Source: Convolutriloba macropyga
Lineage: Eukaryota
Length of the DNA stretch: 64,000 nucleotides
NCBI RefSeq assembly: GCF_964194025.1
Contig: NC_134471.1
Location: forward strand, 3,782,001-3,846,000
Direction: 5' to 3'
Shown: positions 11,494-24,600 of the stretch, piece by piece
Numbering within the stretch: the first letter of the stretch is position 1
Layout: every line of letters begins with the position of its first letter
Translations under genes and position numbers: made by a program
The notes under the pieces: generated by a model
Seen by the model: the letters and a program-made list of their open reading frames with translations, nothing else
The model's database searches: none
Told to the model about the DNA's origin: nothing

Positions 11494-14169
11494 TTCTGCT
11501 GTTTATTGCGTTCAATGCGCGTTATAAAATATTCCAGTAATTTTTATCACGAGAAAGTTATAATTAAAATCTAATTGGATAACCGAAATTACTCAAAATA
11601 AAATTGCCAAATAATGTAGCTCTTTTGTAAAAGATTGCTTCTAAGAATAACAAATACAATTGCTGAATGCTAAAAAATTGAAACCATCTAAACAAAACGA
11701 TAATAATTTAAAACTGTTGCTTTTTGCTGAAAAGTGAACAATTGAATGTTTTTGTTTATACTTGGTATATGATTTCTGATAAAGAAAGTTTAGTTATTTG
11801 AAAGAGACTGAAACGTTTTAGACTTCAATCAGCCAAAAAAATGCATTTAAAGATTGAGAAAACGGTTGAACGTTTCAAAATTTACTCATTTTATAGATCG
11901 CATAGCCAGTTCCGAAGACCAATAGTTAAAACTGTAATTGATTACTCAACAAGAGAAAGTATAATGTGTATGGCTTAACTATCGTTTGGTAAAGAACACG
12001 TTTCTGTTTGCTGTAACGAGAATTTTACGTTCGAGTGACTACGTTTTTGGCATCGTAAACTAGTGTTCAGCGCATGATAACTCATCAGCTGAAAATTTGA
12101 AGTTTGAAAGCCAACAAATAAACAAGCTATTCTCTTTCAAATTGTCGAACACGAGGGATCTTAGGTGGAGATTCAAATTGCGCAATTATGGCGACAAACT
12201 TGTGCAAAATTGCATTATTGTAAAAATAGATACGCTCACAATTTTCGGTGTTAAAATGAAAAGTAACTCCACACAACGGAAACTATAAACTACACATTTT
12301 AAAGCAAATAATTCCGTTTTTTTTCTAAATCTGCTAAATAGTTAGTTGTGTCGTATATTTGACAAAAAAACAACAGCTAAACTGGAGTGTCAACAAGCAG
12401 ATGTACCAAATTATAGATTTTTAAAGCGATCGGCGAAACTGCATTGTAAGCATTGTAATGCTATGCGCTCATTAAGCCGAAAATCAACACAGTCTAAACT
12501 TTGGAAAGATTTTTAAATGCATTTGGCCGTGCCTCAGTGGCCCGTGGGACTCAACTTTTCTTTTCGGCTTGCGGTGATTTCGAAGCATATTTGAGGTAAC
12601 TTGCACCTCTTAAAACATGTAAAGCGTAATGAGCAAATTATGCATCACTTAGCCAATCAGATACAAGAATTATTTATATTCCCCATATCTGATTGGCTAA
12701 TCTGAAAAGTCTGTATTTTGATACATCTGCCATTTTTACTAGCGCCAACTATTTGTGTCGTTTATTTGACAAAAAAACTGCAACTAAATTAGAAAGTTTT
12801 GAAAGCGTAAAATTAGCTAGTAATAAAAGCACTGCATGAGCTCGCTGCCATTACATCTGTATGAATCATTGTGTATGTTTATGGTTCAAAAACAAAACCA
12901 AGCTGCAAAAATGTACATGTGAAAAACGAATATACGCGCGGAACGTTTTAGCATTTTTATCGCGTACAGTCACAATGCAGCTTATTTATTCATGTTTGAA
13001 AAACAGTCTATATGCCACTGTATTTTGCTAATGGAGAGAACGAAGGAACAGACGGTTTTTTATGCTAAATGTGTTCAGGCTTTTCCCATATCGCCGCACA
13101 GGGATAAAGATATACATACAGGCTTTCAATGTGAAAAACGCACTGAACGAGGTTAAAGGAAACACGAACTGCCAGAAATATGCGGGAATTTTAATGCAGA
13201 TTTTTAAACTAGTATATCAATATGCATCAATTTCAATATATATCGAAGATATATCGAATATCTATCAATTTTATAAGTGTCAGAATGAGCTTCACGATTT
13301 AAAAAGTTACAAGCTGATCAAAAACGTAGTTACATCTTCATTTTTTGGATTGAAAAGAAGCTGAAATGAATAACACTAATTCGGAGGCAGTTTTCGAAAA
13401 ATCAGCCGAGAAGCAAAAAAAAGTTAAATAGAACGGATTCCGATAGCCCCCTTTTCCGGTTCGGGTTATCGTGATTTGCGATTCTTTTGCAGAGGAAACA
13501 AAAATTAATAACAGAAATCTTTATATGCACAGCAAAACAAGATCAAAATAGTATAGAAAAACAATTAAATTGGTACAAAATATTATGACAAAACAGAAAA
13601 ATCAATCGACTTTTGAGTATGGATTAACATCTAGTTATTTTATTTTTTCTACCTTATTATTGCCTTTTTAAACAAAAAAGGAAAAAAGTGTCAATGTATG
13701 TCCAATACTTCATTTAATTGCCAAATTTGCTATCTTTCTGTTTCAGAGGATGTTTTTAGAGAAGTTGTTCAAAAACCAAAGACAATGCTTTGAGGGAAAT
13801 GAGCTAAGCTTTTAAAACTTTCAAGTACTCTAATAAGGTTGATATGTGATTCTTGTTCCAAGGATTTGATTAATTTAGTAACACTATGAGTAAATGCAAG
13901 TCTTCTTTCGAACATGAAGACAAGGCGGAAGCAAAGTCACAATTAAACTCTTTGGTTATTTTTTTGCTAGAATTCTTAAATGCGATTTGTTCTTTTTCGT
14001 TGAAGGAACGGGCGATAATCAAGAGTCTAATCAGTTTAATAATTTTGTTATTATTCTGTTGAAAATTGTGTGCTGGGAGTCACTAGTTACAACGGGGTAG
14101 TTTTCTTCGTTGTCAAGGTTAGAAATACTTCCCGGGTATAGGTTTTGTTAAAAAATAATGTAAGATTAG

Positions 14170-14578
14170 CTGTGAGTAGCGGTGAAAAAAAACTTTTTTC
14201 ACCGCAAAGTGCCCGCATCTTTTAGAGTTGAATGCGCTGAAAGGGGTGAAATTTTGTAAGATTTGCGGTTTTTAGCGGTAAATTTTTTTTTCACCGCATT
14301 CACCAGATTTCTTACAAAAAGGAACCGTCCGTACACGGGTTCGAACAACTCACCTCCTGCGTGCCACCAACTTCTTATTCCTCTGTGCCATCACTCACTT
14401 ACTTAGTGCATAATTCTTGTGAATTTAAGAAAAGCCTTTGAAATTAGCGGTGAATATATGTAAGGTTTGCGACTTTAGCTCTGAACAATTTTCTTTCACC
14501 GCATTCTGCTGGTAGCGGTGAAAATTTTTTATTCACCGCATTCTGTTGATAGCGCTGAAAAATTTTTTTCACCGCTAA
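14170..14578. repeat. Cluster of short palindromic units AGCGGTGAAAA..TTTTCACCGC around a tRNA-like core (MITE/SINE-like)
   Basis: Units at ~14178, 14274, 14477, 14514 and 14551, plus half-units at ~14236 and 14447. Confidence 0.75.
14316..14398 (-). promoter_or_regulatory. tRNA-derived Pol III internal promoter-like unit (A box, B box, T5)
   Basis: Minus strand: TGGCACAGAGG (14390-14380), GTTCGAACC (14346-14338), TTTTT (14320-14316). No convincing cloverleaf. Confidence 0.45.
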
Positions 14579-17390
14579 TTGATTACATTGTATGCCAAAG
14601 GTCATTTTTCACAAAAAGTTTTTTTGTTTCATCTCCATAAGGAGCAATTTGTCTTGAAAAACTCCAAGGTAATTGATTGAATGTTTGACAATAATCCAAC
14701 AAGATCCTACTCACAAAACTGTCTATTTAATTTTTCTATTAAATGTTTTTTCCAGAATACAGTTTTAGCTTCAGTAATTGTGAGCAACTGTTGTCCATAA
14801 TAATGAGTTATCACCGTCAGAGAAGTTTGAAGTACAGTACTTGCTTCTGCTATCCTGGGAATGGCGCAAAACAAAATTATTATCTGCGCACTGCACTAGT
14901 GAGTCATTTTTAGATAACGACTCTTTAGATAATTGACATAAATTTTCAAAGGTAGACGACCCAAAATTGTTCCTTGGAGAAATCGCCTAAAAAGTTTGAT
15001 GCAATCAGATTCTGTTTTTTCTACAATTGTTTTCTGGAGACGATCAGTGACAACATTCAATGAAAATTGGCGGGAGCGTTACTGTATGATACCAAATTCA
15101 GCTTTTCCATTAAAATTTCATGACTTGTCATATCAAAGGTCTTGGAGAGTGCTATGCTTAAAAAAGATTTTTGTTCATCAGGCATCGCAAATGTGGTGTG
15201 CAACCCCCTAGGGAGTTACCTGAGAAAAACTTTGCAATATAAAACGTTTTTGGTTTCATCTCCATTGGGAAGAATTGGGTCTAGGTAAACTCCTAGGAAA
15301 TTCATTGAATGTTTGACACTATTTCATAAGATGCTACTTACAAAACTATCTTTTTACTTTTCTATTACATGTCTCTTTCAGAATATTGTACCTTCAGTTT
15401 TGTCTTCATTAAGCGTGAGTACCTGTTCTCCATAATAATAAAACATCACCGTTGAAGGGTTTTGAAGTACAGTTTTTGCGTCTGCTATAATGGTAATAGC
15501 GCAAAAAAGTGTCATCAGCGTACTGCACTAGGGACCAATTTTTAGAGATTGATTATTTAGATAATTGACATAAACGCTCAAAATTAGACGACCTAAAATC
15601 GTGCCTTTTGGAAATCCCTCATTAAGTCTGATACAATCAGATTCTGTATTTTCAACAATTGTTTTTTGCAGGCCATCAGTAGCAAAACTCAATAACAATT
15701 GGGAGCCTTCACTGCATGGTTACAAGTTCATATTTTTGGTTAAAATTTTATATCTTGTCAAGTGAAAGGTCTTGGAGAGATCTAAAAGTGCTATTCTCAA
15801 AGCAGATTTTTTACCATCAGGCATCGCAAATATTGTGTACAGCCTTCTTAGGCGTTATTTGTGTAAAATTTTATTCCGTTCTAGAACTTTCATTGAATGA
15901 TTGATTGAATTTGGTCAATTATCTCACCCTTCTGCGGTCTCAATTTATCTTAGAGAGCTCCTGTGATGATCCAGACTTTTCCATAGAAAAGAGTCGCTTT
16001 TTTGTGAAGGGTGCTTGAATTTTGCCGTAGTGCCATGTGCTCTCTTTAGTTCCTACGGGAACTCATCCGAGCTCAAAAATTGACTCATAATGTTGGTAAA
16101 TATATCAACTTTTTCACAGCAAGCACCTTTGATGGCTCAGGTAAGAATTGATGTCTTTTTAACATTTAAATGTTTCATTGCGCATATATTTTCTATCTTG
16201 ATATTAAACTGAAATTTGAATTGGTTGTTCTACATAAGTTTCCTTTTCGGGTGGTAGCTGCTTTAGTTCTGAAGTGGTCTTTTGATTAGGAGATTGTTCA
16301 ATTAAGAAGTTCAGCGATAGCCTTGCTGCTTGTAATTATCTCCTCGAAATTATATTTCATTAAGAGTTTGCTATTACGACACTGCGTGTCATTAAGCATT
16401 TTCGTTTTTCTGTTTTCTTCGTTAAATAGTTGCGAAACAAAGAATTTGCTTTCTAAGTCCTTCTGAAATCTTTTAATTCTTTTTTGCATACCAAAACACT
16501 TCCTAGAATAAAAAAATTTGTCAAGAGGTATCAAAAACATTGAGCAAAAGTGGTAAAATTAAAAGAGATATCCAGCCTCAGCAAAATAGTCATCTCATCT
16601 GATCGTGCAAATATTATCAAAGCAACACTTTTTGAAGAAATTTTTCAGATTTGTTATTTTTCGTTGAATGCAGTCATTTTGTTGTTAATTATCTTGTTGG
16701 ATGTGCGAGACTAACTTCTGTTCGTATCTGTTATGATTTAGCCAATTACGCTAGTATTTTTGCTGCGTTAAATTTTTAATGTAAGAACTTTGCGATTCTT
16801 TGATTTTTCTGCCAGATTCAGATATCTAAAATTTTAGTTCCCCATCATTATGATGCCAGTCATTTTTGCTACTCTTGTGTCTACGTGAACAACCATTTCT
16901 TTCTAAAAAAGAATTGGCATTGGTTTTGTTAGGATTGAAATAAAGGTATACAAATTTTTTTCACTAACCCATTAGTTTTCCTAGTTCTTATTTTGACCCA
17001 TACATTGTCAACTACAATTTTCATATTTGAAAAATCGAACATTTGTTTTCTTTGTTTTGATTTTCGATTTTGGGAACTAATAAAACGCCCCGCCCTTTTT
17101 CTTTCATCATCTATCCTGTCTCATCAAAAAGCGGTTTGGTATTGTCAAATTATCATAGTTTAGCATCATTGTCGCATTCAGGTTTCTATGGATCACACAA
17201 TGATTTTCTCTGTGCAACAATTGAAAAATTGTTTAAAGTCTTTGCTTAACAGCCAAAGTATGTGCATTTAGGTGGATGAAATTCAAGCTTTTGACTTATT
17301 TTTATAATTAGAAAAAGCGCGAGTGTTAGTTTCAAGGTGGCCACTAATTATGATCTTACACAAACAAATAAAAAAGGAACAAAAAAGCTT
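14577..17390 (-). mobile_element. Second copy of the same decayed LINE, carried in the segmental duplication
   Basis: Collinear similarity (roughly 80%) to 7680-9830. It again has two RT-region copies (~14580-15240 and ~15245-15930). Confidence 0.8.
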
Positions 17391-18362
17391 TCAAAAAATT
17401 TTATCGAAGGAAAAGACCCCACAGTTCAAATTGTTTTATAACTCAATGAGTAGAATTAATTAACAACGTATTTCTAATGCAGTGATGGTTGCTTTTTAAT
17501 GTATATCTGGTTGCTTTTTGAAAAAAAAAATGCTGGAGAAGTGGATTGCTTTAGTACTGGTTCATCACACAGATGGGAGTTTGTCAATCAATATTCCTGA
17601 TGCTACTATTGAGTTATTCTTTTGTAAAAGCATGATTTTTACAATTATCAGCGCTCTAACCTCGAAAAGTTTGAACGCATTTTTCCATAAAACTGCGATA
17701 GAGGCCCCGTATACCTGTAGTTACAAAGTATGATAAAAAACAACATTTTCCAACCAACAATAAATGAGAAAAATAATATCACTCAAATAAATTAGCCAAA
17801 AACTATATGAACCAAAAAACAACAACCAATTTCAAAACAGCGTGACTGCACATGTCCTAATAAAAAAAATTTTGAAAACAGAGAAACAAGAGAATACAGT
17901 TGGCAACTCAATTGTAAGTTAAATATCAAGAATTTGCGTTCAATTTTGCAATCAAATCATTCAGCCCACTCTCCATAACCAAAACAGAAGTCGTTGCGTA
18001 CAAGCCCAAAAATTGAACACATTTTCATTTTTTCAGAAAACGTCGTTATCAAACATCGTTTTTTTAAAAAATATCGGATGTTTCTTGATCTGCCTGTTTG
18101 CAATTTTTCTTGATTTTTGTTGTTTTCTAATGGATAAAAAAATAATTTAAAATGATGCAGTTTTGCTTTGAAAACATTTGCTTTCACTGCTATTGTTTCG
18201 AATGCCGTTCACATATTGATACTGATTTCTTCCTTCTGCGTAAAATCTCGACCCGGCCCGGCATCTTGACAGTAATTGCTGGCACGTCAGTTGGCCGGAT
18301 ACAAACTTGTTTGATGTCCCACGCTATTAGGATGATCTTCGTTAACAAAAAAGCGGACTCAC

Positions 18363-19020
18363 CGCGATGGTTGACTTCCGACAATAATTTCAATTTCGGT
18401 CGATACTTGGTTCCTTGTCCCGTCCGGTTTCTAAGCATCAATGGTCAAATTGAAGCTATAGGATCCCTCTCTGCAATAATCCGTTGCATATTTAATAGCA
18501 AAAGCATTTTCTCCAGCAACAACAGGGCGAAACTGTGCAACATCAGGTACGAGACAAAATTCAATCTCTGGCGATAAATCGGGTAAGTTATATTTGATAT
18601 TTCCCAAGTTTTTAACCCTTTCTCCTTTTTTACATTCCGCAACATTGTTAACGATGACCTCGTATTTCGGATATTGGAAGGATATTCTGTCATCGTTAAT
18701 TACGTCCAAAGAAATTGAAACAGATTGCCCGTGAACTGCATCAAAAGCATTCAACTCAAAATGGGCAAATTTTAAATTTGAACTTTTCAAGTCCTTATTG
18801 CATTTTACAATTCCGCCATTATGAATGCTGAATTCGCTTAAAAAATGGAAACTTTCGTTCACGTTTTTTGGTGGAAAGCGGAAGTTGGAAAACGGAAGTG
18901 TGAACAGGTCTTTTGACGAGTGTGAACACATTTGGTTGCCGTATCTAAATTCCATTTGTTTTCTACGTGTGAATTAACAGAAACATAATAGAGCAGCACG
19001 AAAATAAATAATTCATTACT
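18363..19020 (-). pseudogene. Disabled duplicate of cadherin exon 1
   Basis: Core near-identical to 10829-11493 and donor CG|GTGAGT retained. AAG has become TAG at 18431-18433, and the ATG/signal-peptide region is degraded with small indels. Confidence 0.85.
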
Positions 19021-21639
19021 TCATATCTTTCAATGTGCGTTTTTAATGAATTCCGGTATTTTTTGCGATCTGAATGTTATACAGTTAAAATTTAATCACT
19101 GGATATTGGAAATTAGTGGGTAAATTACTAAAAGTTCCAAGGAAAATTAACTGACTTTAATAGGAGATCAGATTTTCTAAGCGTAACAAATACGATTGCT
19201 GAGTTTTACAAAATTAAAACCATCTCAACAAAACAATTTTGAAATTTAAAAATATTCTGCTAAGAAAAGTGAACAATCGATTATGTTTTGGTTTATGATT
19301 GATATATCATTTCTGATAAGGAAAGTTCAGTTATTTGAAAGAGGTTGAGGTGTTTTAGACTCTTTGATCAGTCAAAAAAATGCATTCAAAGATCGAGAAA
19401 ACGTTTGAGGTGTGAAAATTACTCTTCAAAATTTTATAAATCGCATAACCAGATCCGAAGACTAGTCGTTAAAACAGTAATTGATTAATCAATAAGAGAA
19501 AATACAATGCGTATGGTTTAACTATTGTTTTGTGAAAAACACATTTCTGTCTTCCATAAAGACAATTTTACGTTCGAGTGACTGCGTTTTTGGAATCGTA
19601 AACTGAAGTGTTTAGCGCATGATAACTCATCAGCTAAAACTTTGAAGTTTCAAAGCCGACAAATAAGCAAGCTATTCTCTCAAATTGACAAACACGAGAG
19701 ACCTATGAAGATGCTGAATTTTTGCAATTATGGCAAAGAACTTTTAACTTATGCAAAATTCCATCATTGTAAAAATAAATACGCTGAAAATTTTTTGTGT
19801 TCAAATGAGAGGTAAATCGACTCAACGGAAACTAGAATTGACATATTTTCAAGCGAATAATACCATGTTTTTTTCTAAATCTGGTCAAAATTGTGCTGTA
19901 TATTTGACAAAAGAGAACCGCTAAATTGGTGCTGTGTTAACAAGCAGAAGTACCAAAATATTAACTAGAACCTCTCAGAGACTGCCAGCATATTGCAATA
20001 TGTGCTCATTAAGCCGAAAATCAACAGAGTCTATATTTATTGAAAAAATTTTAAAAGCATTTGGGCGTGACTTACGGGTCCAGGTCATACTTCAGTTGCT
20101 CGTGGGCCCTGATTTTTCTTTCTTGCCCGACTTTATTTCTAAGCATATTTGAGGTACCTTGCAGAACGTATAAAATAGGAAAGTATATTGAGCAAATTGT
20201 TCAACACTTAGCTAATGAGACACAAGAACTATTTATATTCCTCACGTGACTGTCTAACCTGAAAAGTTTGTATTTTGTTACATCGGCAATTTTTTACTAG
20301 CGCCAGTGTTTTGCGTATTTTATTTGACAAAAAATAAACTGCATCTAAATTATTAAGTTTTGAAAGCGTGAACTTAGCGAGTAAAAAAGCACTATATGAG
20401 CTTGCTGCAAATGCATCTATATGAATCACTGCGTATGTTTGTGATGTGAACACAAAACAACGCTGCAAAAATGTACATGTGAAAAACAAGTATACGCCCG
20501 GAACGGTTTAGTGTTTTTAGCGCGTACATGTATAATGCAGCTTATTTATTCATTTTTGAAGAACAGTCTATATGCCATTGTTTTTTGCTAATGTAGGGAA
20601 TGAAGAAACAGACAATTTTTATGTAAAATGTGTCCAGGATTCTCCCATATCGCCACACAGAGATAAAGATGTACACGCTTTCAATGTGAAAAATGTATTG
20701 AACAAGGTTACAGGAAACTCAAACTTGCAGAAACATGATGGAATTTTAATGCAGAATTTTGAACTAGTCTAGAATATACATCATTTTTATTATCAAGGAG
20801 TCAATTTTATAAGTGTCAGATTGAGCTTCACGATTCAAAGTTTACCAACTGATCAGAAACGTTATAAGAAATTGTCATATTTTTAATCGAAGAGAGCTGA
20901 AAAAAATTATGGAAAGAGGGCTTGCTCAATATCGTGCATGGAACAGATAATTTCAACACTCAATTCGGAATCTGCCAAGAAGCAAAAAAAGTTAAATATA
21001 ACGGATTCCGAGAGCCCTTTTTTCCGGTTTGGGTTATTGTGATTTGAGATTCCTTTTGCAGATGAAACAACAAATAATAACAGAAACCTTTGTATGCAGA
21101 GCAAACCACGATCAAAAGAGTATAGAAAATTAATTAAATTGGTATGAAACTTTATGAGAAAACAGAAAAATTCATCAACATTTGAGTGGATTAACTTTAA
21201 TTTTTCCTACCTTATTTTTGCCTCTCTAAACAAAAAAGTAAAAAATTGCCAATGTATGTCCAAAACTTCATTCAAAGACGAGGTTTCTATCTTACTGTTT
21301 CAGTGGATGTCTTTAGAGAATTTTTTTTGAATCAAAGACAATGCTTTGAGGGAAAAGAGCTAATTTTTGAAAATTTTCAAGTACTCTTATGAGGTGGTTT
21401 TGTGATTCCTGTTCCAAGGATTTGATTTATATAGTAACACTATGAGTAAAAACAAGAGCGGAAGCACTGTCACGACTATATTTTTTGGTCATTTTTTGCG
21501 CAAATTTTTGAATGCGGTTTATTCCTTTTCGTTGTAGGAACGGGCGATAATCAAGAGTCTAATCAATTTCATAATTATTACTCTGTTTAAAATTGTGTGC
21601 TGGGAGTCAGTAGTTACAACGGGGAAGCAGATATCGACT

Positions 21640-24600
21640 CAATACCAGAAGTAAAGCAGCACGAGGTACTCGTGAAAATCATTGAAGAACGCCTTTGCAC
21701 CAAAGAGAGGAACTTTAGTACTGAATTTCGGTTTGTATTGCATCCCCGACTATTAACCTGAGCTAAGTAAAAGATCCACAGTGGCGCTGCTGTGCGGGCA
21801 ATTTTTTTCAGGCCCCACAGTGAAATTGAATGAAGTAGTTCTCGACAAAATCTTCTTGGGAACAATTAACAATTAGTGAGAACGGGATACATCCTTTGCA
21901 AAGGCTGTAGTTGTTGAAAAAAACATTGGGCTTAAAAACTCATCTGGCAGGCGCAAGAAAACCCTTCGACGTTTTTCTCCGACAGTTATTCCTGGGACGC
22001 CAAATTCTCAAATCCCATGGACAAACAGTTGGACAGATGAACAGGCTATACCAACACTGCCTCTTGGTTGATTGATTCAAGAGTTCAAAGCTATGTCTCC
22101 CCACTACAGCAACCATTAGTCTAAAAACACGTAGAGTCAGTCCTATTTTTGCTGAGAATGATGACCTATTGGAACTCTGGATGTCTCATTACTTGAATCC
22201 AAGAATAGCCAGAGCAGAATTCAAGAACCATGCCCATGGTGATGATAAGCAAACACGAGAAATGTTAACAGAAGAAGACCACCTTGAGAGAATGCAAACG
22301 TCATAAGAAAACAAAATGCGGGAGATAACATGATTTTGCAGCGACTGACCGACATAAGGTTCATTATACTGTCAGATTAAGATGATGAAAGACACCAAGC
22401 GGAAGATGTAGGTAGTTCTTTGTACAGAGATCTTATGAAGACGTGCATGGACGGGATGAGGGATCTAGTGGAGAAAGAAATGGAAATGATCAAGGGGATG
22501 TCAGAGCTGATACATTTTTTCGTCTTTCGACTATCCCCTTGGAAAGAATGTTTTATCTCAGCAGAAGCCGGATTTAACTAACCATTTATGAATTGTATGA
22601 AGCGCAGCTTCTGAAAACACAAATCGGAAAAAAATTGGAATCAAATATACAAATTTGTAACGCATTCTTGGGTGCAGTGAACGGGAACCCAATTGAGCTT
22701 TTAGTGGAAACGGTCTTTCAAAAACACGATTAAACTCCATCCTTGATCAATTTGGAGAATCGGAATACAATTTCGATATCGGGGATTTTCAGATGCAGCG
22801 GACAAGCCGGAGAATTTTTCAAGATCATCAACAATCCACCTCGGAATGGACGAAATCAATGAAAAGTGTGAAGCTTTAAAATTAGATGTGTTCGAAACAG
22901 AAATGATCCTTGGGCTGAGAGATCCACCGAAAAACAACTGTGTAATTGGTTTACGGACTAACCAGTTGTGGACAACTCCAATTAAGTAAGCTATTGTATC
23001 CTTGAGCAGTCTGAAGCGGTAGATGACGGCACAGAAGGCAAACTTAAAATGAGTTTCAGAAACCAAAAGGAAGGAAATAGTTAATCAGATCCGTGAATAT
23101 TTATGTAAAAAACAGATCATGCAAAGGCTATAGTGAGTTCTGGGAGCTTCTACGGCGTACGGCGATGAAAGCCATAATTAAGATATAAATGGATTCAACA
23201 TCGGCTAGGAAAAGGAGACACCATCCGAATGTACGGAGAGTAGGATTCATGAAATTTAACTCTCAAGCTCACTGATGAATACATAAGACAAACCCGAGAT
23301 GTGATTGAAACCTCCAGCTTCATCACAACTCAGTTCATCCCAATTTGAGCACAGGCAGATTTTGGGTGTGGGCTCCCCAGAGGTAAGAAGATATAAGCGT
23401 GTAGCAGTACTGGGGCTCCTCAACAAATAGAAGGACGTGTCTCACCGGTTAGAAGAAACATCAATTAAAAAAAACGGAGAAATCGGTTAGAAAGTGGAAT
23501 GATAGCGCTATCTAGAAGACCAAACAGTGCCCTAATTGTACCGCAGAGGAAAAAAGACAAGATTTGCAGGTTCTGTGTAGATTATAGATAACAAAATTAT
23601 GTCAGAGAAAAGGATCCCAATCCTATGCCTAACCAACCCCAAGCGATTGATTCACTGCGAAGAATATTATTCCTTTCCACCGATGATATTGCAACTGGAA
23701 CCTGGCTGTTACCAGTAGCCGCTGAGCATAGACACAATTTACCTAGACACCGTAGGGAGGCTTGTTTGAATAAATAAAGATTCAATTTGGTCTATACAAC
23801 GCACTAGCAGCCTTTCAACGACTCATGAACGAGTTCCTCCTGAAGAACTTTTACCAAACCAACCTCATCATACTAGATGATGTTCTCACGTGTAGCAGGA
23901 CAGAGGAATATCATTTGAAGAGCAACACCAACAAGCACGTGAAGCCGAAGCATTGCCTGTTTTTTCAGAGACAAGTTGTGTTTTAAGGACATTTCAACAA
24001 TTTGAATAGAACACCACCCTATACCGAGAAGAACTAAAACATTTCAAAACGGTACTTTCCCAAGACAGAGAGTGTCGTCTGCTGCTTCATTGCTCTGATC
24101 AATTACAGCCAGAAATTCACAAAGAGCTCTTCAAGCATTGCACAACCCTCCAAGATTGACCAAAAGATATAAGCATTTTAATGGACAACATCCCAAGAAG
24201 ATTCGGTCTGCAGTTTGAAGCAAGAAGTTGTGGCTGCTCCTATTCTCCATTACCAAGTCTGCATGTGCTTGTTCATTGTAAATAACGATGCTAGTATAGT
24301 AAGTATTGAAGTAGTACCTTGCAACGAAGTTAACGCAGTAGATCGGGCGGTAGTTAATGAGTTCAGGCGGTAGCTAATGAGTTAAAGTGGTACAGGCCAT
24401 TTCTATTGGGTATCCCAAAATGACTTGGGAAAAGAACATGCCAGTTTACGACGGCTGTTTTGATAGGATGCCGATAGGATGATATTTGGATGACTCAAAC
24501 TTCGGGAATTTGAAGTCGGCATCCTTCCGGAGCAGTAAATCAACACGGCCACGCCGATGGTCCATCAAGAAGAACCTCATATAAACCAGACTGGGGGCCA

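Larger units (their letters stand above)
7680..21625. repeat. Tandem segmental duplication of about 7 kb: copy A ~7680-14097, copy B ~14577-21625
   Basis: Collinear anchors: tatgccaaaggtcatttttc (~7700/~14591), catcacacagatgggagtt (~10033/~17563), cadherin exon 1, gcgcatgataactcatcagct (~12070/~19615), tgtgtgctgggagtca..agttacaacgggg (~14067/~21594). Confidence 0.9.

Noticed and set aside
14316-14398. Functional tRNA gene
   Set aside because: A and B boxes are present, but the acceptor and T stems do not pair; treated as a tRNA-derived repeat.
14170-14578. CRISPR-like array of palindromic repeats
   Set aside because: Eukaryotic context, irregular spacing, degenerate units and no cas genes.
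21605-21640. LTR 3' end (GTTACA) plus primer-binding site for the Gypsy element
   Set aside because: No TGG-type PBS, no second LTR near 34.6 kb, and the same sequence in copy A is not followed by Gypsy.
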